From positions 1 through 50,287 of the forward strand of contig JAYUVP010000183.1 of NCBI GenBank assembly GCA_043753995.1: 50,287 nucleotides of DNA. Direction: 5' to 3'. Positions 9,826 to 19,387 of the stretch are shown here, in pieces. Position 1 is the stretch's first letter. Each line of letters begins with the position of its first letter. The notes beneath the pieces were generated by a model, which did not search any database, had not been told where the DNA came from, and saw only the letters and a program-made list of their open reading frames with translations. This stretch comes from Fibrobacterota bacterium. Lineage in GTDB: Bacteria > Fibrobacterota > Fibrobacteria > UBA11236. A program made the translations under genes and the position numbers.

Positions 9826-10921
9826 GAGCGACCTTAAGATTGATGATTTCTTGGGTGAGCTTATCCGCAAGCAGGTTTAACGAATGCCCCACTTCGACTG
9901 TCCTGCGCATTTCGGTGCATAAAACTTCAAATTCATTCGCTGGCAAATTTGCGATTCGAACGATCGAAGCCGCCATTTCGCTTGAATCATTTCTTCCAAC
10001 TAGATGCTTCTGAGATTGGCTAATTGTTAATATTTCGCGCATGGATTCATTGCAAGTGACAATTGGAATTCCACAACTCATTGCTTCAAGCAGCGTTTTG
10101 TCTACGCTGCCTGTTTCACTGGCGCTTATGAATATATGAGCATCCATATAGCATTGATGGACTTCTCGAAATGGCAGCGGACCTGTAAAATGGGTTTTTT
10201 CTGAAACCCCAAGCGAAGCCGCGAGAGCCTTCAACTGTTCGACATAGTTGACATCGTCGGGAACGAGTGGCCCTCCAACTATGGTTAGATGCACTTCGAC
10301 TTTACCCAAGCGCTCCTGGATTACTTGTAAGGCTCGAATGCAAGCCCCCACATTCTTGATTGGGGAGATTCGTCCCACGGTAAGCAGGTTTAATTGACGA
10401 CCCCACTTTTCAGAATAGTGCTTCCTAGAAAACCGTAGTGTGTCGATCCCTTGACCTATTATTTTCAATTTAGGGGTTACGACTCGAAATCCACTTCGAC
10501 TTGATGTGACAACTCTATCTACAAGCATTGTTGCTATTCGCAGAATTGGTGTGGTTGACTTGTGCGCATACCAAAGCACAACTGGTTTATTTGTTACTCT
10601 CAGAAGTGGCCAACCCATGACTGCAAAAAGCGGCATCATATGCGCAAAACAGGCGGTCACATCTCGTTTAGCCAAGAAATATACTAAGTGCCGATAAAAA
10701 TCCACTGCTCTCCGAAACTCCGAATATCCTTTTTCCTTACCTACGCTTCGTACTTCTACGTTGGACTTTAGTCGAAGTACCCCCTGATTCATTGTAATTA
10801 CATAGACTCTTGCAAACCGCTCGGCCAGCTCGTTGATCCAATCTGTTGTAAATCCCAACACATCATCATCCGAATCCGTTTTCAGGTTAAAGATCAATAA
10901 GCTTCCGGATCCTCGGATCAT
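9812..10921 (-). CDS. Glycosyltransferase family 4
   Basis: VGRISPIKN and SETGSVDKTLLEAMSCG motifs; ATG at 10921 overlaps the upstream TGA (ATGA). Confidence 0.88.
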   Translation of the reverse strand: MIRGSGSLLIFNLKTDSDDDVLGFTTDWINELAERFARVYVITMNQGVLRLKSNVEVRSVGKEKGYSEFRRAVDFYRHLVYFLAKRDVTACFAHMMPLFAVMGWPLLRVTNKPVVLWYAHKSTTPILRIATMLVDRVVTSSRSGFRVVTPKLKIIGQGIDTLRFSRKHYSEKWGRQLNLLTVGRISPIKNVGACIRALQVIQERLGKVEVHLTIVGGPLVPDDVNYVEQLKALAASLGVSEKTHFTGPLPFREVHQCYMDAHIFISASETGSVDKTLLEAMSCGIPIVTCNESMREILTISQSQKHLVGRNDSSEMAASIVRIANLPANEFEVLCTEMRRTVEVGHSLNLLADKLTQEIINLKVAHEQV

Positions 10922-11655
10922 GTGAATCTTTTTGCTCCTACCGTTATGTTTGTAGTGCATCGAAGCCCGGACTCACAAGGGGATTCCACTCCGTGTAAAC
11001 TACGATATCCATAAAACAGATAAACATTACCGACTTGATAATCTATTTCTCGGCGACTGTAGATAGCTTTGAATATTCCTGTCCTGCATAAAATGGGAAC
11101 TACCCATCTATCTAGCCAATTTTTTTTGAAGGACCTGATGTTTGGATAAATGGTAAGCTGCCCTCGATTCGGGCCAGCCAATTTTGGAATAAAAACAGGA
11201 ACTAGAATATTTAGAAACGTCCCGTCGAAATGAAATGCTGTCACGTCTCCTGGACCACGCATAATATTTAGTCCCGGCACCACTTCATCGGAATTAATGG
11301 GTTCCGTTATTATGCTCTTAGCCTCACCTTCGAAATCACCTAGTAATTCATTGATTAGTCCCAATATGGGCTCAGCTGTGGCTAACCGTGCAATAACACT
11401 TCCTTCAAGGGTCGTAGATTTGACACTATATTTACGATTTTTACCTTCATTACTTGGTAAAGACAACGTCTCTATTTCAAGCACCTGCTTTTGTAAAAGT
11501 TCCAGGCCCTCTTTAGTCAAAAAGCCTTGGATACAGGCAAAGCCAACGTTATCCAGTTCATTTCGAAGCTTCAGTAGGTAGGCTTTATCCGCAATCAATT
11601 TCCTGCATTCTGGACTTATATGTTCTTCCGCATTTACGATTTCAGTTGTCTGCAT
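10918..11655 (-). CDS. Fe(II)/2-oxoglutarate-dependent oxygenase (BesD/HalD-like fold, HxD hydroxylase type)
   Basis: FHFD...GNVYLFYGYRSLHGV...RCTTN gives the HxD...H facial triad plus a distal Arg; N-terminal LDNVGFACIQGFL. Strong RBS AGGAGG before ATG 11655. Confidence 0.75.
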   Translation of the reverse strand: MQTTEIVNAEEHISPECRKLIADKAYLLKLRNELDNVGFACIQGFLTKEGLELLQKQVLEIETLSLPSNEGKNRKYSVKSTTLEGSVIARLATAEPILGLINELLGDFEGEAKSIITEPINSDEVVPGLNIMRGPGDVTAFHFDGTFLNILVPVFIPKLAGPNRGQLTIYPNIRSFKKNWLDRWVVPILCRTGIFKAIYSRREIDYQVGNVYLFYGYRSLHGVESPCESGLRCTTNITVGAKRFT

Positions 11656-12880
11656 TTCCAACCTCCTTCTCAAAAGTCCAAGCATCAACAAGCCGCTCAC
11701 TTAAACTTTCGATCGAAAAACCATTTTCCATTTTTCTGCGTCCCGCTTCCCCAAATGCGTGGGACATTTCCGGTTGATTTAACAATTCGATTGAGGATCG
11801 AATTAAGCCGTGCTCATCCTGCACTTTCATCAATCGTCCATTGATCCCATCCTCAACAAGATCCTCCGGCCCCGTACAAGCCGTCGCTACGACTGCCACG
11901 GATGACAAAAAGGCCTCGACTATGACTCTTCCATAGCCCTCATAATTTGAGGTGAGAAGAAAAAGATCCGCCGCTGCATAAATATCTGGCAGCTCGCGAT
12001 GCCCCACCCTACCCAAAAAATGCACTTGCTTGTCCAACTCTTGTTGACGAACTAGAGACTGGATCTGCGACATGCATTCTCCGTCTCCCACCAATACAAA
12101 TTCAATTTCTTTTATGTGAATGGATATTGCTTTTGCAACCTGAATCCAAAGCGGCAAGTTTTTTTGCTCGCAAAAGCGGCCGACGAAAAGCACTAGTTTT
12201 TTACCAATAAATTGGTTGCCTAGGCGAGCCTTGGCTTCGTCTGGTTTTAACTCACTTCGCTTGAAATCAACTCCAACCGGTACGATGAATACGTTTTCAC
12301 GGCAGAGGCCAAGGCGCTCTTCCAATTTCATGCGCTGAACCTGTGAAACAACTCTTACTAGGTCGCTTCTCTGAAATATCCACTTGGCAATCAATAATTT
12401 TATTGGATTGGACCAGTGTTCATGTTTCCAGTGCGAAGAAAAGATGTCAAAGTGAAGTTGCGGCATAAAGCGCGCCCCTGTCGCCTTCGCCAAAAAATAT
12501 CCCAGTAAACCCTCCTCCCAGGGCTCTTGTACAGTGATTATGTCAGGTCGCCACCCGCCTCGTAATATGCGAGGCAAAAGCCCGGCAGCGCCAAACAAAA
12601 ACCGCCAACGCGCTTTTGAGCCCGTTCCAAAGACAAGCAAACCCGGGATGATCCGTTCGAAATCGCTTGAACTCTTTTTAGTAGAGTAGGTTAGAAATCG
12701 AATCTCTCCTTCCGGGTATCGTGTTCTTAAATACTGGGAATAGATTTTGTGCCTGCTTCGGGTGTCGCCGAAAGTTTCCTTACCTTCGTGAAATAGGGTT
12801 TCGTCCTTTCCTATTACCAAAACATTGAACTTTGTTCTGGGCTTTTGCATTTTCAAACTTTGATGCATTGCGCGAATCAT
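11642..12880 (-). CDS. Glycosyltransferase family 4
   Basis: FVGRFCEQKN and SNYEGYGRVIVEAF motifs. Confidence 0.9.
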   Translation of the reverse strand: MIRAMHQSLKMQKPRTKFNVLVIGKDETLFHEGKETFGDTRSRHKIYSQYLRTRYPEGEIRFLTYSTKKSSSDFERIIPGLLVFGTGSKARWRFLFGAAGLLPRILRGGWRPDIITVQEPWEEGLLGYFLAKATGARFMPQLHFDIFSSHWKHEHWSNPIKLLIAKWIFQRSDLVRVVSQVQRMKLEERLGLCRENVFIVPVGVDFKRSELKPDEAKARLGNQFIGKKLVLFVGRFCEQKNLPLWIQVAKAISIHIKEIEFVLVGDGECMSQIQSLVRQQELDKQVHFLGRVGHRELPDIYAAADLFLLTSNYEGYGRVIVEAFLSSVAVVATACTGPEDLVEDGINGRLMKVQDEHGLIRSSIELLNQPEMSHAFGEAGRRKMENGFSIESLSERLVDAWTFEKEVGNADN

Positions 12881-14040
12881 TTCGCGAGCTCTATGGAAGC
12901 TGGAACGAATTCGAGATTGCCAAAAACAGCCTTTGCTGTTTTTTCAAACATGATTTCCGCTGAAAACTCACCTACCATCATCTGGTCTGCCCCGAAGATT
13001 AATCGATCCGCAAGACCAACCTCTTCATGGATTCGTTGAATTGCATGAATTAAAGGCAAGGTTTCATGTGGCGGAACTAAGAGGCCGGTTTCGTCGTGCT
13101 TAACGATTTCAGGTGTTCCTCCCACATGTGTTGCAATAACAGGCACATGGCATGCCATCGCTTCAAGCACAACATGTGGTAAGCCTTCATAGGTTGAGTT
13201 TAAAACAAAGATGTTGGCATTGGAGATTTGAGCCAGCGTATCATGTCGCGACAGGTTACCAGTCCAAGTTACGCGTTTCGATATTCCCTGTTCGTGACAT
13301 TGCGTTTCGAGGTCTTTTCGGAGCGGCCCATCGCCAACGATGATGAGCCTTAACTGTGGAAGTTTTTCCATTGCTGCCAGCAATCCTGCAATACCCTTCC
13401 ACGGCACCAATCGACAAACTGTAATCACAGTAGGTTCTGCTTTTGAAGGCTTCGGAGACACTTCAATCCTATCTACTGCATTGTATATCACTTGAATTCT
13501 CGAAGGAGAGATTCCCCATCCGGCAACGATTCCCTTTAAATATTGGGAAGGCACGATTATTCGTCCTGAAAATTTGAGCGGCCAAGTTCTGACCCACTCT
13601 AAAATCTTTAATTTTGTGCCTTTGACCTCATGTTGAAATGAGTCGATTGTTCCCTGATACCAACCATTGTTTCGTGCTTTTTCCCAAGCTAGGTCTCCAA
13701 CTATTTTGAACACTGGCTTTATTCCCAAAAGCCAGCACACGATTGCAGACTCAAAATTCAGACCATTCACATACATGCGACCCGTCTTACGCGCACTTTT
13801 AAGAATGACAAGAACAGTTATTGGTATTCTCAACCATTTAGTTAGCGTTCTCCGAATTCGAATGACCTTGAAAGGATATTGGTCATCCGATTTTGTACGC
13901 TCTCCCTCATCGCTAAGGGTGATCACCTCAGGCTGGATACCCATCGAATAAAAAGCTCTAGCAATTGTGGGAACATAGCTAGCGGGCCCCCCGATATCAG
14001 GTGGAAAAATTCCAGTCACGAGGGTTAATTTAGGCTTCAT
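12877..14040 (-). CDS. Glycosyltransferase family 4
   Basis: TGIFPPDIGGPASY, CRLVPWKG and STYEGLPHVVLEAMA motifs. Confidence 0.93.
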   Translation of the reverse strand: MKPKLTLVTGIFPPDIGGPASYVPTIARAFYSMGIQPEVITLSDEGERTKSDDQYPFKVIRIRRTLTKWLRIPITVLVILKSARKTGRMYVNGLNFESAIVCWLLGIKPVFKIVGDLAWEKARNNGWYQGTIDSFQHEVKGTKLKILEWVRTWPLKFSGRIIVPSQYLKGIVAGWGISPSRIQVIYNAVDRIEVSPKPSKAEPTVITVCRLVPWKGIAGLLAAMEKLPQLRLIIVGDGPLRKDLETQCHEQGISKRVTWTGNLSRHDTLAQISNANIFVLNSTYEGLPHVVLEAMACHVPVIATHVGGTPEIVKHDETGLLVPPHETLPLIHAIQRIHEEVGLADRLIFGADQMMVGEFSAEIMFEKTAKAVFGNLEFVPASIELAK

Positions 14041-14914
14041 GGAATTTTCTTCTGAACGCGCGGAGCGCCGAAAATTGGATTAGAAGAAATGGAATTATTA
14101 ATCCGGTAAAGCCTCCACCTAAGGCTCCAAGCATTAACAGTTGCGACCTTCTCGGCTTCCATCGAGATTTAGGGGCAAAGGGCGGATCAAGGATGTCGAA
14201 AGCTTTTGAGCTGATTAGCATTGTTTTTTCAATTTCGCTACCAATCAACTGCTGAATTTTCTCTCGCACCAAGGGATCAAAAGATTGATTAAGTTGAGTC
14301 TCCAAGAAGTCTCGATTCAATTTTGCCTCATCGTTAACTTTGCGATGCAGATATGAATTCAATTCTTCTAGATACACTTGCATTAGAGAAAGCGAAACCT
14401 GACGACTATGCGACATTATTTTAATTAGAATTGTCTGTTTTTGAGTATTTAATGTCGTTTCAATCATTTCTCCAGTAATTTTCTCAATCCCGCTTTCAGT
14501 ATCAGCCACTTTTTTTCCAGGCCTTAACTTCCATTCTTCCCCATTTGACTCCCAGATATCGGGGTAAATCGATTCCAGCATCCCTTTTCGTTCAAGTACA
14601 AACTTTGCCAAGGGCCTTCCATCCAACAATATTTCCAATCGATCCGCATTCGCGCTCCCTGATCCCAGTTGAGATGCGACCATATCGCCAAACCCCCCGA
14701 GGCGGCCAATGAGAGATGCATTTCCGTTTTGATTTTGAATTTTAGGAGAAATGGATGCCTGTGCAACGAAAATCGAAGGAACAATGAAAGAATATCCCAA
14801 ACCGATCATTGCACCGAGGATGGTGCATATGGAAATAACATTACGATAATCCCAAATGAACAGAAGAGCATGATAGATGCTCAGGTCTTGTGTGTTCGAT
14901 GATTCGCGATTCAT
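14030..14914 (-). CDS. wzz: Polysaccharide co-polymerase / chain-length determinant (Wzz-like, no kinase domain)
   Basis: N-terminal TM, periplasmic coiled region, ILDPPFAPKSRWKPRR proline motif, then a Gly-rich TM. ATG 14914 overlaps the stop of the SLBB gene. Confidence 0.85.
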   Translation of the reverse strand: MNRESSNTQDLSIYHALLFIWDYRNVISICTILGAMIGLGYSFIVPSIFVAQASISPKIQNQNGNASLIGRLGGFGDMVASQLGSGSANADRLEILLDGRPLAKFVLERKGMLESIYPDIWESNGEEWKLRPGKKVADTESGIEKITGEMIETTLNTQKQTILIKIMSHSRQVSLSLMQVYLEELNSYLHRKVNDEAKLNRDFLETQLNQSFDPLVREKIQQLIGSEIEKTMLISSKAFDILDPPFAPKSRWKPRRSQLLMLGALGGGFTGLIIPFLLIQFSALRAFRRKFHEA

Positions 14915-17760
14915 TGGTAAAAAAGTTGCCTGACGACACCGACAGCAACCGCTAAGTTGTAAATTACCTGTGTTGTTTTCAGCACCAGCTCTAAATAATC
15001 TTTCTTTGGGCCTTTTGGTGGCACAATAATCGAACCCCCAGGTTCGACACTTCGCCAGGAATAGCGCTGATACCACTCCGAATTTCGTGGAGTGGCAATT
15101 GAGCCATCAGGTGAGACATAGTAGGTATTCGAGTAATCTCCATACTCACTCACCCCACCGGCCTTTGCCAAGCACTCACCCACCGTATTGGTTTTGCTAG
15201 TGAATATCACATTGGTCGGCGAATAAACCTCGCCGAGAATTGACACAGTATTTGGTCTGCTGCCTACCCATAAGCTGTCACCGTTCTCAAGACCAACGTC
15301 CCACTCAGTTCCTTCTAGGTCGCGGGTATCATCAAGCATGATAATCACACGCCCTAAATACGGCGCATTGCGTATATCCTCCAAAACCCCTTTGCGCTGC
15401 TCGATGGCCGCTCGTATGCCCACACGGTCCTTCTCGTCAGTGGTACGCTCAAGCATGATTTGCATTTGACTTTCGAGTCGCCTCGCGATTTCTTCCACAT
15501 GTCGCAATTGCTGCTCCTTCACGCTTTTGCGAATGAAAACCGCCCCGCGTAAATAGGCCTGCGGGCCAAATCCGCCCGCCCGTCGAATCACACTCGAAAG
15601 TTTTTCGCCGGTGGCGAATTCATACCTGCCTGGAAAGGCGAATTCACCCATCATCCATACATTACTACGTGCTCGCGAATTGACTACTTCGCGAACGTAC
15701 ACTCCGTCGCCGTCTTGCAAATGGAATTGTTCCCGTCCACTTTCTATATTTTTAAGATTTACTTGTTTCACCTCGCGGCGTGCCACGCTATCACCATATA
15801 TCTGTCTCCTAACAACCTCGACCGTGATTTTATAACTGTTTTGGCTTAATCCACTGGCTTGGCTGATTAAGTCGTTCACTGTCATATCCTCGGTCAATTC
15901 GAATTCGCCTTCTTGCTTTACTGCACCGTAAATCGTGACCTTTTTAGGTAGGATGAAATTACTACGAGGAAAAACAATTAACGAATCAAACGGAGACAGT
16001 TCCAAATTGTTCTCGTCACCGGGATTTTCGATGATGCCTGTGAGATTAACCTTGATAAGCTTAGTGCGCAGGGAGTCACTTTGTTCCACCTTGAGGATTC
16101 TGAATATTTGTGCTTCGGGTAAATAGGCCTCCACCGTGAGCCCCCCTCCAGCCAGCACGAGATCAGAGACACGCATATTGTCTACAAAGACATAGCGGCC
16201 GGGCTTGCGCACCACGCCACTGACCGAAACCATGGGTTGATCCATGATGTCATAACGACTATAAACCATGATCGTATCACGCGGCTCCAGAGGTATTATG
16301 GCGCCTTTTTCGAAAACATCTTTTAGCGAAAAAGGTAAAAGCAAGGCCCGCTCATCCTCTTCGGCAGGGCGTTTGATATGGCCATAGTGGAAGTAGGTCT
16401 CTGACTTCAATTCTTTCGCCGTCGGTATGAGGTCCTTGATGCTCATTCCTTTTTTCCATTCATAGCGGCCAGGGCGATTGACATTACCCTTCAGATATAC
16501 CACATCGAATTCTTTCGATAGAACTTCTTCAACATTGAGTATGTCCCCATCTTGAAGAATCACATTGCTGCCTGCGCCGACTTTTTCCATGGCGATATCG
16601 AGAGCCACCTTGCGTTTGTGGCTTTCGATGCGATCGAGACGCATACGTCCCTTGAAGGCATTCGATGCGAGTCCGCCCGCCAATTCAAGCGCCTGCAAGA
16701 CCTTAGTGCCCGGCTTGACCTCGTAAATGGCCGACCTTTTAACTCGCCCGGTGACCGCAATTTGAATCGGGGCTACCGGCACAAATATCACATCACCCGA
16801 TATGAGTTGCTTGTCGCCTTTATTGTTGCCCGTCAAGAGCATGTCATATAGGTCGAGCGTGGCGATGACCGCGCCGCTTCGGCGCACTTGAATGGCACGT
16901 AAGCTGCCTATGTCTTTTATGCCCCCGCTTTGAAACAGGGCTGTCACCACGGTAGCACCAGCGGGTATGGTGAAAGACCCCGGATTAACCACTTCGCCCA
17001 GAACGAAAACTCTCAGGCTCTTTAGGCGTCCCAAGGTTACCGAAGCCTGCAAGCCATGGATTTTCTGCAATTCGGCAACAATGCGCTCTTGAGCCTGCGC
17101 GAAGCGCATGCCCGCTAATCGCATGGGCTGGAGTGGCGGATAGGTGAAAACGCCTTCGCTGTTCAAAGTGATGGCTTGGTTTTGGTTTTCGCGGCCCCAG
17201 GTTGAGACTTGCAATTCGTCGCCGGGCGAGAGGATATATTCAGGCAAGGCGGGCATATTACTGCCCATACCCGGAATATTTTGATTGTTTTGAAAGAAGT
17301 CATAGCCGAAATGCCTGAGTCCTAATGGAAACCGTTGGCTAGCCACGGCTTCTGATTCGACGGCAGCTTGGGCTACCCGCGTCGCCTTTTCGGCTGGGTC
17401 ACTTGTGGTTGGCATCGGCGTATCATTGGCCTTGTTGTCATTCAACCCGGCTTCACCCTCGCCTTTCACCTTCTGCTCAATTAATTGCCTGATTTGCTCA
17501 TTCGACAGACTTTGCAATTCAGGGTGGAGGGCCTTTTGCAGGTTGATGAGTTCGGGGGTGACCTTGACTTCTCCACGTCGAATAGCCTCTATCATTTCGC
17601 GCTCTTGCGGACCGAGAGGAGTGCCCGACTTTTGAGCCTGGGCCGCTGAGATTAGAGCTACTAATGCGATAACGAGGGTCCTTCCTCCGAGTAATCGCAA
17701 AAATTGACCTACACATGCTGATCTAAAGCCGGGGTCCGGGGCCGATAACCTTCGATTCAA
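14911..17760 (-). CDS. Polysaccharide export protein with Poly_export and multiple SLBB domains (KpsD/Wza-like)
   Basis: FGYDFF, YILSPGDEL, and repeated V.V.G.V..PG.Y / L..AGG SLBB units; signal-peptide-like ALISAAQAQ; TTG start with GAGG upstream. Confidence 0.92.
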   Translation of the reverse strand: MNRRLSAPDPGFRSACVGQFLRLLGGRTLVIALVALISAAQAQKSGTPLGPQEREMIEAIRRGEVKVTPELINLQKALHPELQSLSNEQIRQLIEQKVKGEGEAGLNDNKANDTPMPTTSDPAEKATRVAQAAVESEAVASQRFPLGLRHFGYDFFQNNQNIPGMGSNMPALPEYILSPGDELQVSTWGRENQNQAITLNSEGVFTYPPLQPMRLAGMRFAQAQERIVAELQKIHGLQASVTLGRLKSLRVFVLGEVVNPGSFTIPAGATVVTALFQSGGIKDIGSLRAIQVRRSGAVIATLDLYDMLLTGNNKGDKQLISGDVIFVPVAPIQIAVTGRVKRSAIYEVKPGTKVLQALELAGGLASNAFKGRMRLDRIESHKRKVALDIAMEKVGAGSNVILQDGDILNVEEVLSKEFDVVYLKGNVNRPGRYEWKKGMSIKDLIPTAKELKSETYFHYGHIKRPAEEDERALLLPFSLKDVFEKGAIIPLEPRDTIMVYSRYDIMDQPMVSVSGVVRKPGRYVFVDNMRVSDLVLAGGGLTVEAYLPEAQIFRILKVEQSDSLRTKLIKVNLTGIIENPGDENNLELSPFDSLIVFPRSNFILPKKVTIYGAVKQEGEFELTEDMTVNDLISQASGLSQNSYKITVEVVRRQIYGDSVARREVKQVNLKNIESGREQFHLQDGDGVYVREVVNSRARSNVWMMGEFAFPGRYEFATGEKLSSVIRRAGGFGPQAYLRGAVFIRKSVKEQQLRHVEEIARRLESQMQIMLERTTDEKDRVGIRAAIEQRKGVLEDIRNAPYLGRVIIMLDDTRDLEGTEWDVGLENGDSLWVGSRPNTVSILGEVYSPTNVIFTSKTNTVGECLAKAGGVSEYGDYSNTYYVSPDGSIATPRNSEWYQRYSWRSVEPGGSIIVPPKGPKKDYLELVLKTTQVIYNLAVAVGVVRQLFYQ

Positions 17761-17959
17761 GCCAACCTCACGAGGAATAAGTCCCCTTTTTTCAAAGACT
17801 TAGGTGATCTAGGGGAAAATAGCCACAATCCCCAAAAAGCCCCAGTTTATCAAGAAACCGGAATATGGCTAAATGCTATCATACCTTAGTACGGAGGATC
17901 AATGATGAGTTGACAGAATTTTCACTGTTGGATATTGGCCAATTTATACACATAAATTT

Positions 17960-17968
17960 TGCTATAAT
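17960..17968 (+). promoter_or_regulatory. Extended -10 promoter (TGcTATAAT), probably giving a leaderless mRNA
   Basis: TGCTATAAT ends 6 nt before ATG 17975, and there is no Shine-Dalgarno. Confidence 0.6.
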
Positions 17969-17974
17969 TGGTAC

Positions 17975-19387
17975 ATGTTTAGACGCATTAGCGGCTATTT
18001 ATTTGACTGGTTCTCTCGATTAGACAGGAAACCCCTATTGCTGAGAGGGGCTCGGCAGGTGGGAAAAACCTGGGCACTTCGGGAATTGGCTAAGGCCGCA
18101 AGGGCTGCGCTCGTGGAAGTGAACTTCGAACTTCGACCGGAATGCAAGCAGGCTTTCAATAGCCTTGAGCCCGACAAAATTCTGCAAAACTTGGCTCTGC
18201 TGGGATTTTCAAAACCAGAAGCGGGCCGAAGCCTCCTATTCCTCGACGAAATTCAAGAATGTCCGCAAGCCATAGGTGCGCTCCGTTATTTCTACGAGCA
18301 AATGCCTGATCTTGCCGTTGTCTGCACGGGCTCACTCCTGGAATTCGCACTTGAGCAAGATCGCTTTTCCATGCCCGTCGGTCGAATTGAAAGCGCATGG
18401 CTTTTCCCCATGAGCTTCGGGGAGTTCCTGCGTGCGAAAGGCAATTCCAGCCTCGCCGAGGCCATCGCACAAAATCCGCTGGAACCCAAGATTTCAGAAG
18501 TGGGTCATGCACAAGCAAGCAAGGAATTGCGCGAATACCTTTTTTGCGGAGGCATGCCGCAAGCCGTTCTGGCCATGACCGAAGCCAAGGACGTGGAAAG
18601 CGTGCGCCGCGTACATCGCAGCCTATTGCAAACCTATCGGCAAGACTTTTATAAATATGCGCCGCGTATCAAGGCACACCTGGCAGAAAGCCTATTTCTC
18701 AAGGCTCCCGGACGGGTAGGCGGCCATTTCAAGTACAGTCACGTCGATCCCGATTTGCGTTCTTCCGAAATTCGGCCAGCCGTTGAGGCTCTCGAAAAAG
18801 CCGGCGTCATACGCCGCGTCATCCATTCTTCCGGTGGTTTGCCACTGGCCACCGATACCAATCCCCGCATTTGCAAGCTGATCATGCTCGATGTGGGCTT
18901 GATGCATGCGTCTTTGCAAATCGAAGCACAACTGGTGCAGGAGCCCGACTTACTTGCCATTCAACGGGGTGCGGTCGCCGAACAATTCGTGGCGCAAGAG
19001 CTTTTAGCCTGCGCCCCACCTGATGAAGATCCCACCCTGTACTTTTGGTCACGAGAAGTCCCCGCTAGCCAGGCGGAGGTCGATTACCTCATTCCCTCGG
19101 GGCGCTTTGTCCTTCCCATCGAGGTGAAATCCGGGGCTTCGGGCACACTTAAAAGCTTGCGCATTTTCTTGTCTTCACATCCAGGGAGCCCGATCGGCGT
19201 TCGCCTATATGGCGGTGAGGCCTTTAGAGAAGAGTGGAAAGGGGAGGAGTTGGGAGGCGAAGAATTGAAAAAATCGATTTGGCATTTGCCGCTTTATACC
19301 GCCGGATTCTTGACACGTAACAACCTTTACAACCACCTCACGCCCACCCAACCCACTGGCGAACCTCCTCCGGCGATTTTCTCATAG
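17975..19387 (+). CDS. AAA_14 ATPase with DUF4143 C-terminal domain
   Basis: Walker A GARQVGKT, Walker B LFLDEIQ, TGSLL, GGMPQAV, and a PD-(D/E)xK-like EVDY...PIEVKSG. Confidence 0.92.
   Translation: MFRRISGYLFDWFSRLDRKPLLLRGARQVGKTWALRELAKAARAALVEVNFELRPECKQAFNSLEPDKILQNLALLGFSKPEAGRSLLFLDEIQECPQAIGALRYFYEQMPDLAVVCTGSLLEFALEQDRFSMPVGRIESAWLFPMSFGEFLRAKGNSSLAEAIAQNPLEPKISEVGHAQASKELREYLFCGGMPQAVLAMTEAKDVESVRRVHRSLLQTYRQDFYKYAPRIKAHLAESLFLKAPGRVGGHFKYSHVDPDLRSSEIRPAVEALEKAGVIRRVIHSSGGLPLATDTNPRICKLIMLDVGLMHASLQIEAQLVQEPDLLAIQRGAVAEQFVAQELLACAPPDEDPTLYFWSREVPASQAEVDYLIPSGRFVLPIEVKSGASGTLKSLRIFLSSHPGSPIGVRLYGGEAFREEWKGEELGGEELKKSIWHLPLYTAGFLTRNNLYNHLTPTQPTGEPPPAIFS

Noticed and set aside
10918..11655. 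Radical halogenase call for the 2OG oxygenase
   Set aside because: The motif is HFD, with the carboxylate ligand present; halogenases have Gly or Ala at that position.
17761..17960. JUMPStart/ops antitermination element upstream of the export gene
   Set aside because: No GGCGGTAG-like ops sequence was found on the minus strand.
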